This document shows positions 13,030 to 24,932 of a DNA stretch of 64,000 bases, in pieces. Position 1 is the first letter of the stretch; every line of letters starts with the position of its first letter. This DNA is from Pristiophorus japonicus (taxonomy: Eukaryota): contig NC_091989.1 in assembly GCF_044704955.1 (NCBI RefSeq), forward strand, positions 98,580,001 through 98,644,000. Direction: 5' to 3'. A model generated the notes under the pieces. The model was not told the origin of the DNA. It saw only the letters and a list, made by a program, of their open reading frames with translations, and did not search any database. Position numbers and translations under genes: made by a program.

Positions 13030-13127
13030 CTTTGATTCCAGTGTTTCAGCAAAGAAGAAGCCCAAACGGTCACACCTGCAGGTGATGTTGTTGTCTCCTG
13101 TCTGAATGTAACATCCATTCGGATTGA
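13030..13127 (-). CDS. Adhesion-GPCR-like (ADGRG-like) exon, GPS motif second half: (V)NPNGCYIQTGDNNITCRCDRLGFFFAETLESK
   Basis: Acceptor ctctccattacag, donor AAG|gtatga, 98 nt, phase 1 to 0. Carries the GC...TCxCxxL.xF pattern of a GPS. Confidence 0.85.
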
Positions 13128-13221
13128 CTGTAATGGAGAGTTACTAATTATCAGAATCATGACCTCATTTACATATTCCAGTACTGATTGATGTCAGCAT
13201 TTTATAAAACTCTTTATTTAC

Positions 13222-13264
13222 CTGTTTGTCCAGAATCCAAGAAGCCGCACACTGGAGGATTTGG
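13222..13264 (-). CDS. Adhesion-GPCR-like exon, GPS motif first half: PNPPVCGFLDSGQT
   Basis: Acceptor cttctccattttag, donor CAG|gtaaat, 43 nt, phase 0 to 1. Matches the short PxCxFWD exon of ADGRG genes. Confidence 0.83.
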
Positions 13265-13548
13265 CTAAAATGGAGAAGATAAATCTTATCATTAGATTGA
13301 CCAGCACTAAAACAGTTTAATCAGCTGTGTAAGTGCTTAAACAGTGAGACATTTTCATTTACCTGAGTAACGGGATGAAGCATAGAATTAGGAGGAACTG
13401 TAGCGCTGGCTGTGAAATAAATGTTTCTGTATTTTCATTAATATCACAAAAAGTGGACAGTGCCTTTATGGAACTTGGGAAGTAATTTTACTGAAATGGG
13501 GACCATGCTACTGAAGTAAAGGTGACAGGTCCAAAACTCTGCGTCCCT

Positions 13549-14197
13549 CGGGCTGTAAATGGAGCATTTTTTGGGCGGACGGGATGAAAAAAGGGGCATC
13601 GCCCGGTTACACCGAGTCCCTGCCCTTCTTCTGATGGTCTGAAGTTCTGGCCATGCTGGGGTCGGCCTATTGATGTCACACAAATGAGGAAAATAGAATT
13701 ACTTTCATTGAAGTACTTTCTTCTAATCGTGCCCTAGTAATGCTGGGGTACAAGGGACGTTCTGTGATCAATTGCATTTCGTAAAGTGGCAAAACTAGAA
13801 CGTAATCATTTTCAATGAATCTTTCCCCACACCTACACAAGCCTGATTAAATAGGGGCACTTCACCTAAGGTGGGCAACCTGTTGTACCAAGAACGTGTA
13901 GGGTATCCACAGGCAATATGTAAATACCCCTGAGACCAGAGGCCAGGGCCGCATCCACGGGGTGGGCAAAAGTTGTGTCCTGTCCCAGATCCTCCCTTCT
14001 AAAGTCTCCATAGATATTTCAGGGCGCAAGTGAAGGAAAATATGTCACAAGACCCAATTTTCCTAATTTGCAAGGCATCATAATATGGCCACACCCCCAT
14101 CATGATCAGAACTTCTGACGGGCATTAAAGAGGTGAGGAGATCCGCTACAAATTCTGCCTCACCTGCCCAGAAAGTGCCCCATTTACAGGCCTCGGG
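13549..14197. mobile_element. Degenerate intronic MITE
   Basis: Inverted termini GGCTGTAAATGGAGCATTTTTTGGGCGG / CTGCCCAGAAAGTGCCCCATTTACAGGCC. Confidence 0.6.
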
Positions 14198-14338
14198 CCA
14201 TGAATGTCAGGGTCATTCAGCCGAACTTCCACATTTACACTGGAGATTATAATACAGACTGTGCGGCACAACTCCAATCCCATAAATGGCCACACACACA
14301 GACGGTGAGGTCTATGATACTGTTCGGTTTTATCTTAC

Positions 14339-14452
14339 CTCCCACTGCAACACGCCATGAAATGTAACTGTCAGAGGGGATGTGAGGTCATCAATGCTCG
14401 AACTCCCTACTCTGATTATAATGTTTGGTGAAACAGGGCTCCTTTCCTGACC
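14339..14452 (-). CDS. Adhesion-GPCR-like GAIN subdomain B exon: GQERSPVSPNIIIRVGSSSIDDLTSPLTVTFHGVLQWE
   Basis: Acceptor ttttttgtgttgttatag, donor GAG|gtaaga, 114 nt open, phase 0 to 0. Contains the GAIN-type IxxLxxPxxxxFxH motif. Confidence 0.85.
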
Positions 14453-15721
14453 CTATAACAACACAAAAAATAGTTACTGAAAATCTACTGATTTAGGATT
14501 AATTACACACAGAAACATTTCAATGATGTTCATTCTGTGGCGATGGTGAGCAGTGCAGGTTTATCAGTGTAACAAATATTTTCTTGGGGACTAAAATTCC
14601 GGGAGGCCTCCTTGCCGGCAGAAGTGCGGTGACCCACAACTCCAAGCCGCCCATGAAGCCTTCTGTAGACCCTGTCCCAAATTGCGGTGAGGGAGCCATT
14701 AACACGTAAAAGCACAGCAGTGATGCCCCCATCCCAGTCCGCCCAGAAAGTCAGAGTGACACCATGCCCAGACACAGGTCTAGAAATTTGGGTGCCCCCA
14801 TTTTTGGGCATGTGGGGCATGCTGGATGCATGCCTTGTGCCCGAATGGTGAGGCCCAAGGTGCCACCGATTTTGGGCCTTGGGCCTCATTACAAAAGGAG
14901 CCAGCATGATGCAACAGTCGCCAGGCGGAGAGAAGACCAAGATCAGGCCGTTGGTCGAGTCGCAGCGACCCTCAGGTAAGTGAAGCCGGGGGTCGGGTCA
15001 GAGGCTGGGGTAAAGGATCGGAGGGTGAGTCAGGAGGATGGGGGGTTGGATTCGGAGGCTGAGGGGGGTGGAATGGGGGGTGGGATCTGGAGCTGCAGTA
15101 ACCAGAAGGGAGGGAGCAGTGGTGTGCTTTTGTAAAATGTGGGTCAGGAGGAGCACTCCTATTCCTCTGGGCTCCATATTCAGGTAAGTAATTGTGAAAA
15201 GCTTACCTTGTAGTGTCACTGGAGGTCCCAAGGTCTGGTTTTACTGAGCGCAGGCAGCGCTGACTGCCTCAGGGCAAATTAATCTTAAAGTGAGGCCCTC
15301 AAACAGGCGTTAGGCCCCTGATTTGTATATGTAAATGGTCTAACGCTTGTTTCAGGCATGGGACCTGGATACCATTTCTTTCCTTTCCCAATCTCGCAGG
15401 CGGTGCACTTCATTCCCGCCCTATAGAGGGCTAAGTGGGCCAGTTAGAGCCTGAAAATCAGGTGCTGCACAGTCACATTTGTACACCAGAGTGGCCTGAC
15501 TCTAACTCCCAAATGGGCATCTCTGGTAAGTGATCAATCCCCAATATGATCGATTACCTGCTTCCCTACTACATTTTTGATGAATGTAAGATCGTCCTCT
15601 CTGCCCATGAGAATTGGGTCAGGATAGGATGGTCTTACAAAAATGATACAAACCTAGGAACAGTGGAGGTCCAGAGAGATTTAGGGGTCCATGTGCACAC
15701 ATCACTGAAGTGTAAGTCTGG

Positions 15722-15878
15722 CAATGTTCCCTTTCTTTTTTGGGGGGGTGTGCGGCCCCTTTAAGGTGCAGCATTCAAATTACCGCGCATGCATGGCTTT
15801 CTATATTTAAAAGCCGGTGAACCGCCTGCGCGGGAGCTACAGGGCACTGTGCGGCCTCACAGCTTAAAGGGAACATTA
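15722..15878. mobile_element. Small MITE with an 8-bp TSD (hAT-type), inside a CR1 fragment (~15640-15930)
   Basis: TIRs CAATGTTCCCTTT / AAAGGGAACATTA. Flanks AAGTCTGG and ATGTCAGG match at 6 of 8 positions. Confidence 0.65.
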
Positions 15879-16234
15879 ATGTCAGGAACAAAAATTAATC
15901 AAAAAGGTTAATGTAATGTTAAACTTTATGGGGCTGAAATTGGTGAAGGCCCCCGCCCACCCAAGTATCGCCCAAAGGACCGCCGATGGCCGCCGAGGGA
16001 CCTGATGATACTTTGGGCGGGGTTTTCATTGAAAAGGTTCTTCAAAGGTTGGCGAGCGGCAAAAGAGGGACTTACGCCACCAATCTGGGCGGCAGCCGGT
16101 GGGAGCTCCCAATCTCAGCGGCAAAAGTACTTGCCACCCAAGTGCCGCCAAGGGTAGAGTCGTACCCACGGAGGGTCGAAGTCCTGAAAAGGAAAAAGAT
16201 TAAAAAAAACCATCGGAAGATCTTCAGGGGACTC

Positions 16235-17390
16235 TGTTATGTCTGCAACACCTTTTAACCAGCATTTCACCGCCACCAGAAGGTGCATCTTTTGGAGTCC
16301 CAGGGGATCCCAGGGCCCCTTGGGAGCACTGTATATAAGCAGGCCTCCCATGCTGTGCCAGCACTCTGGAGTCAGAATAAAGAGACTAATGTCACACTTA
16401 GTCAAGTCTGCAGTACTCAGTCACATTGCTTTATTTCAGACATAACAACTGGTGACGAGTAATAGATAACAAACCATCACGCAAAAATGCAGAGAACTGT
16501 TGGTATCCTGTAGAAATTCTCATAAGAGAAAGATTGAGAAGCCTTCGTGGAGCGACTCGACCAATACTTCATGGCCAATGAGGAAGGGAATGAGAACGCT
16601 GCCAAACGAAGGGCGATCCTCTGTGGGGCAACAACCTATGGCCTCATGAAGAATCTTCTTGCTCCGGTGAAACCAACAACCAAATTGTATGAAGAACTAT
16701 GTACGCTGGTCCAGGAGCACCTAAATCTGAAGGAGAACGTTCTGATACCAAGGTATCAATTTTATAGATGTCAACGATCTGAAGGCCAGGAAGTGGCGAG
16801 CTATGTCGCTGAACTAAGGTGCCTTGCAGGTCATTGCAAATTCGGTGGATTCTTGGAGCAAATGCTAAGAGACTTTTTTGTGCTTGGCATTAACCATGAA
16901 GTTATCCTTCGCAAATTATTGACTGTTAAAACACCGAACCTGAGCAAAGTCATAACAATAGCATAGGCATTTATGTCCACCAGTGATAACACCAAACAAA
17001 TTTCGCAGCATAAAGTTGCATCAGCAAGTACTGGCCACAATGTAATGTCGTTTTCAGACAGGAATGCATATGGCAGAACATACACACCTGCAGCTGCACG
17101 ATTTCAGATGACTCAGAGTCTGCCATCAAGTGTAAATGCAAGGCAATTAACACCTTGTTGGCGCTGTGGAGGTGACCATTGAACCCATCAATGCCGCTTC
17201 AAACACTATGCATGCAAAGGCTGTGGAACAATGGGACACCTCCAGCGAATGTGCAGACAAGCTGCAAACCCTGCAAACCACCACTTGGTTCCCGGTACAC
17301 GACCCATCCACCACAAGGTACGTGCAGTGCCATACATGATGCGAGAGAAGTGGAGATCTAGCTGGACAGGCTGCAACGAGAGGGCATCCG
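16235..17390 (+). mobile_element. Gypsy (Mag-like) 5' remnant: LTR, PBS, gag, internal deletion
   Basis: LTR TGTTA...TAACA at 16235-16447 and PBS TGGTGACGAG at 16450-16459. Gag with a CWRCGGDH knuckle. Jumps from the end of gag to the start of RT near 17285. Confidence 0.88.
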
Positions 17391-17580
17391 GGTGAGGGAG
17401 GTAGGAGGTGGGGGGGGGGGTGGGGGGTGGGTTTTGTGGGGTGGGGGTGTGGGGTGTGGGAGGGTTGGGGTTGGAGGTGGGGGGGATGTGGGGGTGAGGG
17501 GGAGTGGGGGGATGTGGGGGTGAGGGGGTGTGGGGGGATGTGGGGGTGAGGGGGTGTGGGGGGAGTGGGGGGAGCGGGAG
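17391..17580 (+). repeat. G-rich low-complexity tandem tract (GTGGGGGGATGTGGGGGTGAGGGG-like units)
   Basis: Direct reading: many runs of 4 or more G. Confidence 0.85.
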
Positions 17581-18479
17581 GACCTAAAAGAAAACACAAA
17601 AACATTCCTAAAAAATTGCGCATGCCACTACAACACAAATCGTATAAAAATGTAAACAAAAAACACTCGGACTTATTTTGGGAGCACTTTACCTCCCTCT
17701 CCGCTGCCTGGATCGCTGGACCGCTCTGATTTCCGAGGTGGTCATTCCGGGTGCACTTCCGGGCGGACGGGGTGGGCAAGACTCAAAACTCTCGCCGGTG
17801 TCGCAACCAGGGGCGTTGCACACCCGGCGCAGCTCTTCCCGGCGGTGCTGCTCAGCGTCACCGCAAAACCTGACCAGAGGATCGCGACGGGGCGCTGCAG
17901 ACCTCACCGCCACCTTTCACACTGCTCCGGGGTGAAATCTGGACCGCAAAGCACCGGAAAATCCAGCCCAGCGACTCGGAGCTCGAGAAAGTAAGTTTGT
18001 GGCACAGAATAGACACAGGCCTAGAAATTGGTCCGCATAGCGCCATGTTTTTCAATCGCTGCTCGGACTATTATGGCCCCTATATGGCGAGAAGAATGTG
18101 TGTGTATATTTACGGCTGGAATTGCCCCGCCCACCATATTGGGTAAGGTCAACCAAGAGGAATTCTTACCCATGACTGAAACATGGAATAGTCACCGGCA
18201 ATTGGGAAAGATTGGGGATTGGTGGGAGGGATGGGAGTCTGGTAATGAGGAGGAAGGGAAAGATCGGGGGTTGGTGGTGGGGGGGTTCTGTGGATTGTGG
18301 GGCAGAAGGTTCAGGAGCAAGAGTTTGGGGCGGTGGTCGGTCGGTCGGTCGAATGCAATCGTGAGGAGCGGCTGCGATCAGCAGAAGGTTTTCTTGAGGG
18401 TCCAGGGACAGGGGAGGAGCACTCCTGTTCCTCCTGGCTCACATCTGGGGATTTGTGCCAAAATTGGGAGTGTTGTCCC

Positions 18480-21400
18480 ATCGACTAGTCAAACAATAGA
18501 CTGACATAGTCATACTCACAGAATCATATCTTTCAGGCAAAGTCCCAGATTCCTCCATCCCAATTCCTGTTCCACCAGCAGGACAGACGCAACAAAGTTG
18601 CTGGCACAGTAGTACACAGTCGGGGGGCTGGGGGGGATTGGCCCTGGGAGTCCTCAACATTGACTCGGGATCCCATAATGTCTCTTGGCTTCAGGTCAAG
18701 CATGGGAAAGGAAACCTCCTGCTGATTACCAACTACCACCCTCCCTCAGCTGATGAATCAGTATGCCTCCATGTTGAACACCAGTTAGAAGAAGCACTGA
18801 GGGTAACAAGGGCACAGAATGTACTCTGGGTGGGGGACTTCAATGTTCAGCACAAAGAGTGGCTCGTTAGCACCACTACTGACCGAGCTGGCCGGTTCCT
18901 GAAGGTGATAGCTCCCAGACTGGGCTTGTGGCAGGTGGTGAGAGAACCAACCCGTGGGAAAAACCTACATGACCTCCTCTTCACGAATCTATCTGTCACA
19001 GATGCATCTGTCCATGACAGTATTGGCAGGAGATGCCATCGCACAGTCCTTGTGGAGACACAGTACCATCTTAAAAACATAGAAAATAGGTGCAGGAGTA
19101 GGCCATTCGGCCCTTCGAGCCTGCACCGCCATTCAATGAGTTCATGACTGAACATGCAACTTCAGTACCCCATTTCTGCTTTCTCACCATACCCCTTGAT
19201 CCCCCTAGTAGTAAGGATTACATCTAACTCCTTTTTGAATATATTTAGTGAATTGGCCTCGACAACTTCCCGTGGTAGATAATTCCACAGGTTCACCACT
19301 CTCAGGGTGAAGAAGTTTCTCCTCATCTTGGTCCTAAATGGCTTACCCCTTATCCTTAGACTGTGATCCTCTGGTTCTGGACTTCCCCAACATTGGGAAC
19401 ATTCTTCCTGCATCCAACCTGTCTAAACCCGTCAGAATTTTAAACGTTTCTATGAGATCCCCTCTCATTCTTCTGAACTCCAGTGAATACAAGCCCAGTT
19501 GATCCAGTCTTTCTTGATATGTCAGTCCCACCATCCCGGGAATCAGTCTGGTGAACCTTCGCTGCACTCCCTCAATAGCAAGAATGTCCTTCCTCAAGTT
19601 AGGAGACCAAAACTGTACACAATACTCCAGGTGTGGCCTCACCAAGGCCCTGTACAACTGTAGTTACACCTCCTTGCCCCTGTACTCAAATCCCCTCGCT
19701 ATGAAAGCCAACATGCCATTTGCTTTCTTAACCACCTGCTGTATCTGCATGCCAACCTTCAAAGACTGATGTGCCATGATACCCAGGTCTCGTTGCACCT
19801 CCCTTTTTCCTAATCTGTCACCATTCAGATAATAGTCTGTCTCTCTGTTTTTACCACCAAAGTGGATAACCTCACATTTATCCACATTATACTTCATCTG
19901 CCATGCATTTGCCCACTCACCTAACCTATCCAAGTCACTCTGCAGCCTCATAGCATCCTCCTCGCAGCTCATACTGCCACCAAACTTAGTGTCATCCGTA
20001 AATTTGGAGATATTACATTTAATCCCATCGTCTAAATCATTAATGTACAATATAAACAGCTGGGGCCCCAGCACAGAACCTTGCGGTACCCCACTAGTCA
20101 CTGCCTGCCATTCTGAAAAGTACCTATTTATTCCTACTCTTTGCTTCCTGTCTGCCAACCAGTTCTCAATCCACGTCAGCACACTACCCCCAATCCCATG
20201 TGCTTTAACTTTGCACATTAATCTCTTGTGTGGGACCTTGTCGAAAGCCTTCTGAAAGTCCAAATACACCACATCAACTGGTTCTCCCTTGTCCACTCTA
20301 CTGGAAACATCCTCAAAATATTCCAGAAGATTTGTCAAGCATGATTTCCCTTTCACAAATCCATGCTGATTTGGACCTATCATGTCACCTCTTTCCAAAT
20401 GCGCTGCTGTGACATCCTTAATAATTGATTCCAACATTTTACCCACTACCGATGTTAGGCTGACCGGTCTATAATTCCCTGTTTTCTCTCTCCCTCCTTT
20501 TTTAAAAAGTGGGGTTACATTGGCTACCCTCCACTCCATCGGAACTGATCCAGAGTCTATGGAATGTTGGAAAATGACTGTCAATGCATCCGCTATTTCC
20601 AAGGCCACCTCCTTAAGTACTCTGGGATGCAGTCCATCAGGCCTTGGGGATTTATCGGCCTTCAATCCCATCAATTTCCCCAACACAATTTCCTGACTAA
20701 TAAGGATTTCCCTCAGTTCCTCCTTCTTACTAGACCCTCTGACCCCTTTTATATCCGGAAGGTTGTTTGTGTCCTCCTTAGTGAATACCGAGCCAAAGTA
20801 CTTGTTCAATTTGTCTGCCGTTTCTTTGTTCCCCGTTATGACTTCCCCTGATTCTGACTGCAGGGGACCTACGTTTTTCTTTACTAACCTTTTTTTCTTT
20901 ACATATCTATAGAAGCTTTTGCAGTCCGTCTTAATGTTCCCTGCAAGCTTCCTCTCGTACTCTCTTTTCCCTGCACGAATCAAACCCTTTGTCCTCCTCT
21001 GCTGAGTTCTAAATTTCTCCCAGTCCCCGGGTTCGCTGCTATTTCTGGCCAATTTGTATGCCACTTCCTTGGCTTTAATACTATCCCTGGTTTCCCTTGA
21101 TAGCCACGGTTGAGCCACCTTCCCTTTTTTATTTTTACGCCAGACAATTTTTGTAGTTCATCCATACGGTCTCTAAATGTCTGCCATTGTCCATCCACTG
21201 TCAACCCCTTAAGTATCATTCGCCAATCTATCATAGCCAATTCACGCCTCATACCTTCAAAGTTACCCTTCTTTAAGTTCTGGACCATGGTCTCTGAATT
21301 AACTGTTTCATTCTCCACCATAATGCAGAATTCCACTATATTATGGTCACTCTTCCCCAAGGGGCCTCGCACAACGAGATTGCTAATTAATCCTCTCTCA

Positions 21401-22248
21401 TTACACAACACTCAGTTTAAGATGGCCTCCCCCCTAGTTGGTTCCTCGACATATTTGTCTAGAAAACCATCCCTTATGCACTTCAGGAAATCCTCCTCCA
21501 CCGTACTGCTTCCAGTTTGGTTAGCCCAATCTATATGCATATTAAAGTCACCCATGATAACTGCTGCACCCCTAATTTCCTGTTTGATGCCCTCCCCAAC
21601 ATCACTACTACTGTTTAGAGGTCTGTACACAACTCTCACTAACGTTTTTTGCGCTTTGGTGTTCTGCAGCTCTGCCCATATAGATTCCGCATCATCCAAG
21701 CTAATGTCCTTTCTAACTATTGCATTAATCTCCTCTTTAACCAGCAATGCTACCCCACCTCCTTTTCCTTTTATTCTAACATTCCTGAATGTTGAATACC
21801 CTTGGATGTTGAGTTCCCAGCCCTGATCATCCTGGAGCCACGTCTCTGTAATCCCAATCACATCGTATCTTTTAACATCTATTTGCACAGTTAATTCATC
21901 CATCTTATTACGGATACTCCTTGCATTAGGGTACAAAGCCATCAGGCTTGTTTTTTTTAACACCCTTTGTCCTTTTAGAATTATGATGTAGTGTGGCCCT
22001 TCACACTGATGACACCCTCCATCATGATGCAGGGCACTACCATTCATACTAAATGGGATGAATTCAGAATAGATCTAGCAGCTCAAAACTGGACATCCAT
22101 GAGGCACTGTGGGCAATCAGCAGCAGCAGGATTGTATTCCATCACAATCTGTAACCGCATGGCCCGGCACATCCCTCACTCTACCATTACCATCAAGCCA
22201 GGGGACAAACCCTGGATCAAGGAGGAGTGTAGAAGATCATACCAGCAG
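18480..22248 (+). mobile_element. CR1-group LINE endonuclease fragment, split by a younger CR1 (pieces 18480-19072 and ~21998-22248)
   Basis: APE motifs LITNYHPPS and WVGDFN. The sequence resumes colinearly after the insertion, with CTT at both junctions. Confidence 0.75.
19073..21997 (-). mobile_element. CR1 LINE, ORF2 nearly complete (APE + RT), with a few frameshifts and stops
   Basis: ORFs 21412-22047 (IGITETWL, MGDFN), 19664-21118 (GVPQGSVLGP, KFTDD) and 19343-19657. Tail TTTTCTATGTT. Confidence 0.95.
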
Positions 22249-22249
22249 C

Positions 22250-23085
22250 ATCAACAACAAATTCTGTTTATCTAGTGCCTTTAACGTAGAAAAATGTCCC
22301 AAGGCACTTCGATATTATAAGACAAAAAATTTGATACGGATCCATATAAGGAGAAAATAGGGCAGGTGACCAAAAGCTTGGTCAAAGAGGTAGGTTTTAA
22401 GGACCATCTTAAAGGAGAAGAGAGAGATAGAGAGGTGGAGTGGTTTAGACATGGAATGTCAGAGTTTAGGGCCTGGGCAACAGAAGGCACAGCTTTCAAT
22501 GGTTGAGTGATTATAATCAGGGATGTTCAAGAGGGAAGAATTAAAGGAGCGCAGCTATCTCGGGGGGGGGGGGGGCAGGGTGTTGTGGAGCTGGATGAGA
22601 TTACAGAGATAGACAGGGGCGATGCCACGGAGGGATTTGAAAACAAGGATGAGAATTTTGAAATCGAGACGTTGCTTCACCGGGAGCCAATGTTGGTCAG
22701 CGAGCACAGGGGTGATGAGTGAGCGGGACTTGGTGCGAGTTAGGAAACGGCCAGCCGAGTTTTGGATCACCTCTAGTTTACATAGGGTAGAACGTTGAAG
22801 GCCAGCCAGGATTGTGTTGGAATTGTCAATTCTAGTGGTAACAAAGGCAGGGATGAGGGTTTCAGCAGCGGATGAGCTGAGGCAAGGGTGGAGACAGACG
22901 ATGTTACGGAGGTGGAAATAGGCTGTCTTAGTTATGCTGCGGATATGTGTTTGGAATTTCATTTCAGGGTCAAATAATACACCAGGGTTGCGAACAGCCT
23001 CAGACAGATGTTAGGGAGAGGGATGGAGTCAGTGGCTAGGGAACCGAGTTTAGAGACCGAAAACAATGGCTTCGGTCTTCCCAGC
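22250..23085 (-). mobile_element. L2 LINE 3' fragment
   Basis: AYFHLRNI...AETLIPAFVTTRID...HWLPVKQRLDFKIL, and an L2 tail. Confidence 0.88.
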
Positions 23086-23254
23086 ATCAGGCGTAACTGC
23101 ATGAGGTGCCAAGCCGATGAAGCAACAACACAGGACCATATGCATGCTGAACAGCGGAAAATCAGGGCAACCAGCAGGCTACCCCCACCATCACCGATCA
23201 CACCCATCAGCAGCCTCCCGCCAGCTCCTCACCAGCCCCCCCCCCCCCCACCGC

Positions 23255-23510
23255 CCCCCGATCATGGCCATCAGCCGCCCGCACCCCCCCCGATCATGGC
23301 CATCAGCTCCCGCCCACCCCGATCATGGCCATCAGCCGCCCCCCCTCCCTCGATCATGACCATCAGCCCTCCCCTCATCGCCCTCCTGATCATGGCCATC
23401 AGCCACCTTCTCCCCCGATCATGGCCATCAGCTGCCCCCCCCGCCCTCGATCATGGCCATCAGCTCCCCCACCCCCCCGCAACAATCATGGCCATCAGCC
23501 CTCCCCCATC
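23255..23510. repeat. Minisatellite with core GATCATGGCCATCAGC plus C-rich spacers (~30 bp unit, about 9 copies)
   Basis: Direct reading. Confidence 0.85.
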
Positions 23511-24018
23511 CCGGCCTCCTGCCGCTAAATCTCTGCTCCCGCCCACCAGCCAGGCAGTCAATCCGGCCAGTGGGAGTCTGCTCAGAATTATTTAAATGAG
23601 GCCCTGCCATTAGGATCGGCTTCCCCTGTCTCCACCTTTTCATTCAATAAAACCCTGATTCTGCACTGGGTGTCATAACCTTTTCTGGATCAATAATACG
23701 CTCCTGTAGGTAGATGTTTTGCGGGTACACAGCTATATTACCGTGGTATATGGAAGGAGTTAGGATGGAAATACAGAGCTCAGATGATGTGAGCAAGTTT
23801 GAAAATTTAAGGGCTTGTTCACTTGAAACCCATGAATTAAAGACTGGTAATTAAAGAAGTAAGTTGGAGCCACTCCAAAAATACTGTCCCCTCAGCACGT
23901 TACACCTAAAGGGTGAATAATACCAACATTAAACCACAAACTTAATAACAAATATAAGCACTGACAGTGTGGAATCCATATCATTGTAGATTTGGATGGA
24001 GTAGATTAGCTTGATTAC

Positions 24019-24132
24019 CTGGAATGAGGTTTTGTTCTTGAACTGAGTGACAACGGCTTTCGGAGATGTGCCCAACTGATATGTCAATATAACCCGAACA
24101 GCAGCAATCATCGGCTGGTCCTCAGGGCCCAC
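24019..24132 (-). CDS. Adhesion-GPCR-like GAIN exon: VGPEDQPMIAAVRVILTYQLGTSPKAVVTQFKNKTSFQ
   Basis: Acceptor ttgttgtacag, donor CAG|gtaatc, 114 nt open, phase 0 to 0. Ends in FxNxxxFQ like the equivalent ADGRG2/G6 exon. Lies in an island of unique sequence. Confidence 0.8.
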
Positions 24133-24932
24133 CTGTACAACAATGATAACAATATTGTTAAAGCTTTTGATTGTATTTGGCTGAACAACCCAACTACAAT
24201 GAAATACTGCTTTTTATAATTCCATGGTGACAAGCTGAAGGAGGCAGACAATGAACTTTAAACATATGACAAATTGTAACTCAAATGTACATTTCTAATG
24301 AAAGAAAGGACCTGCATTTCGATAGCATCTTTCAGAGGATCAGTAAGTATGGAGTGCAGGCTGTCACTGGGAGCCCCAACACCCAGAGGGAGCAGCCACT
24401 GCCAGGCCGGAATATCCGGGCAGTTCTGCGGTGGGACAACTGATGCATCATGTGAAAAGGAGGAGACTACTTCGAGGAGGGGGCTGCAGCGGGGGAGAGG
24501 ATAAAGTGTCCTGAAGATGGGGGAGGAATTTTTTTGGGCCTTCAGTTTGGGCCTGTCACGAGGACCTGAGGGAAGCAAACTGTGCCTGTTGCTGGGCCCC
24601 CTACCTCCAAGAGAGGACAATGGGCTTTCTGCCCCTGACCCTGGGAGCACCAACACATTTTCCTGGTGGTCCTTTGGGTTGGTGAGGAGCAGCGGTGGAA
24701 GACAGGGGGATCGGACAGATTGCTCGGTCCCACCTCCCTGCTGGTATTTACATGTGATGGGTGGTGAAGAGGCAGCTGGCGGCCTTCCCAGCTGGGACAT
24801 GGGGAGGTAAATTGATGTCAGGCTGGGAATGTGTGGGAAGCCTCGCTGCCCGATTTTCCTGCCTTTTCCCCGGCCACGCTGCCTGATTTGGGGGAGGATA
24901 GAGGAGGAAAATCCAAACCATTGTGTCTTTAC

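Larger units (their letters stand above)
15931..17969. mobile_element. Harbinger-type non-autonomous element containing a Gypsy remnant and a G-rich tract
   Basis: Termini GGGGCTGAAATT / AAAATCCAGCCC and a CpG-rich interior. Confidence 0.5.

Noticed and set aside
17391-17580. Second possible A>G hyper-edited tract
   Set aside because: It could not be aligned to any A-containing parent in the window and has tandem periodicity, so it is treated as a simple G-rich repeat.
21110-21826. Long antisense ORFs over LINE ORF2 (also 26413-27249 and 45902-46738)
   Set aside because: Shadow frames of LINE coding sequence, with no independent motifs.
23255-23510. Conserved 16-bp repeat with variable spacers, superficially CRISPR-like
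   Set aside because: Spacers are short C-runs related to each other, there are no cas genes, and the context is a vertebrate genome. It is a minisatellite.
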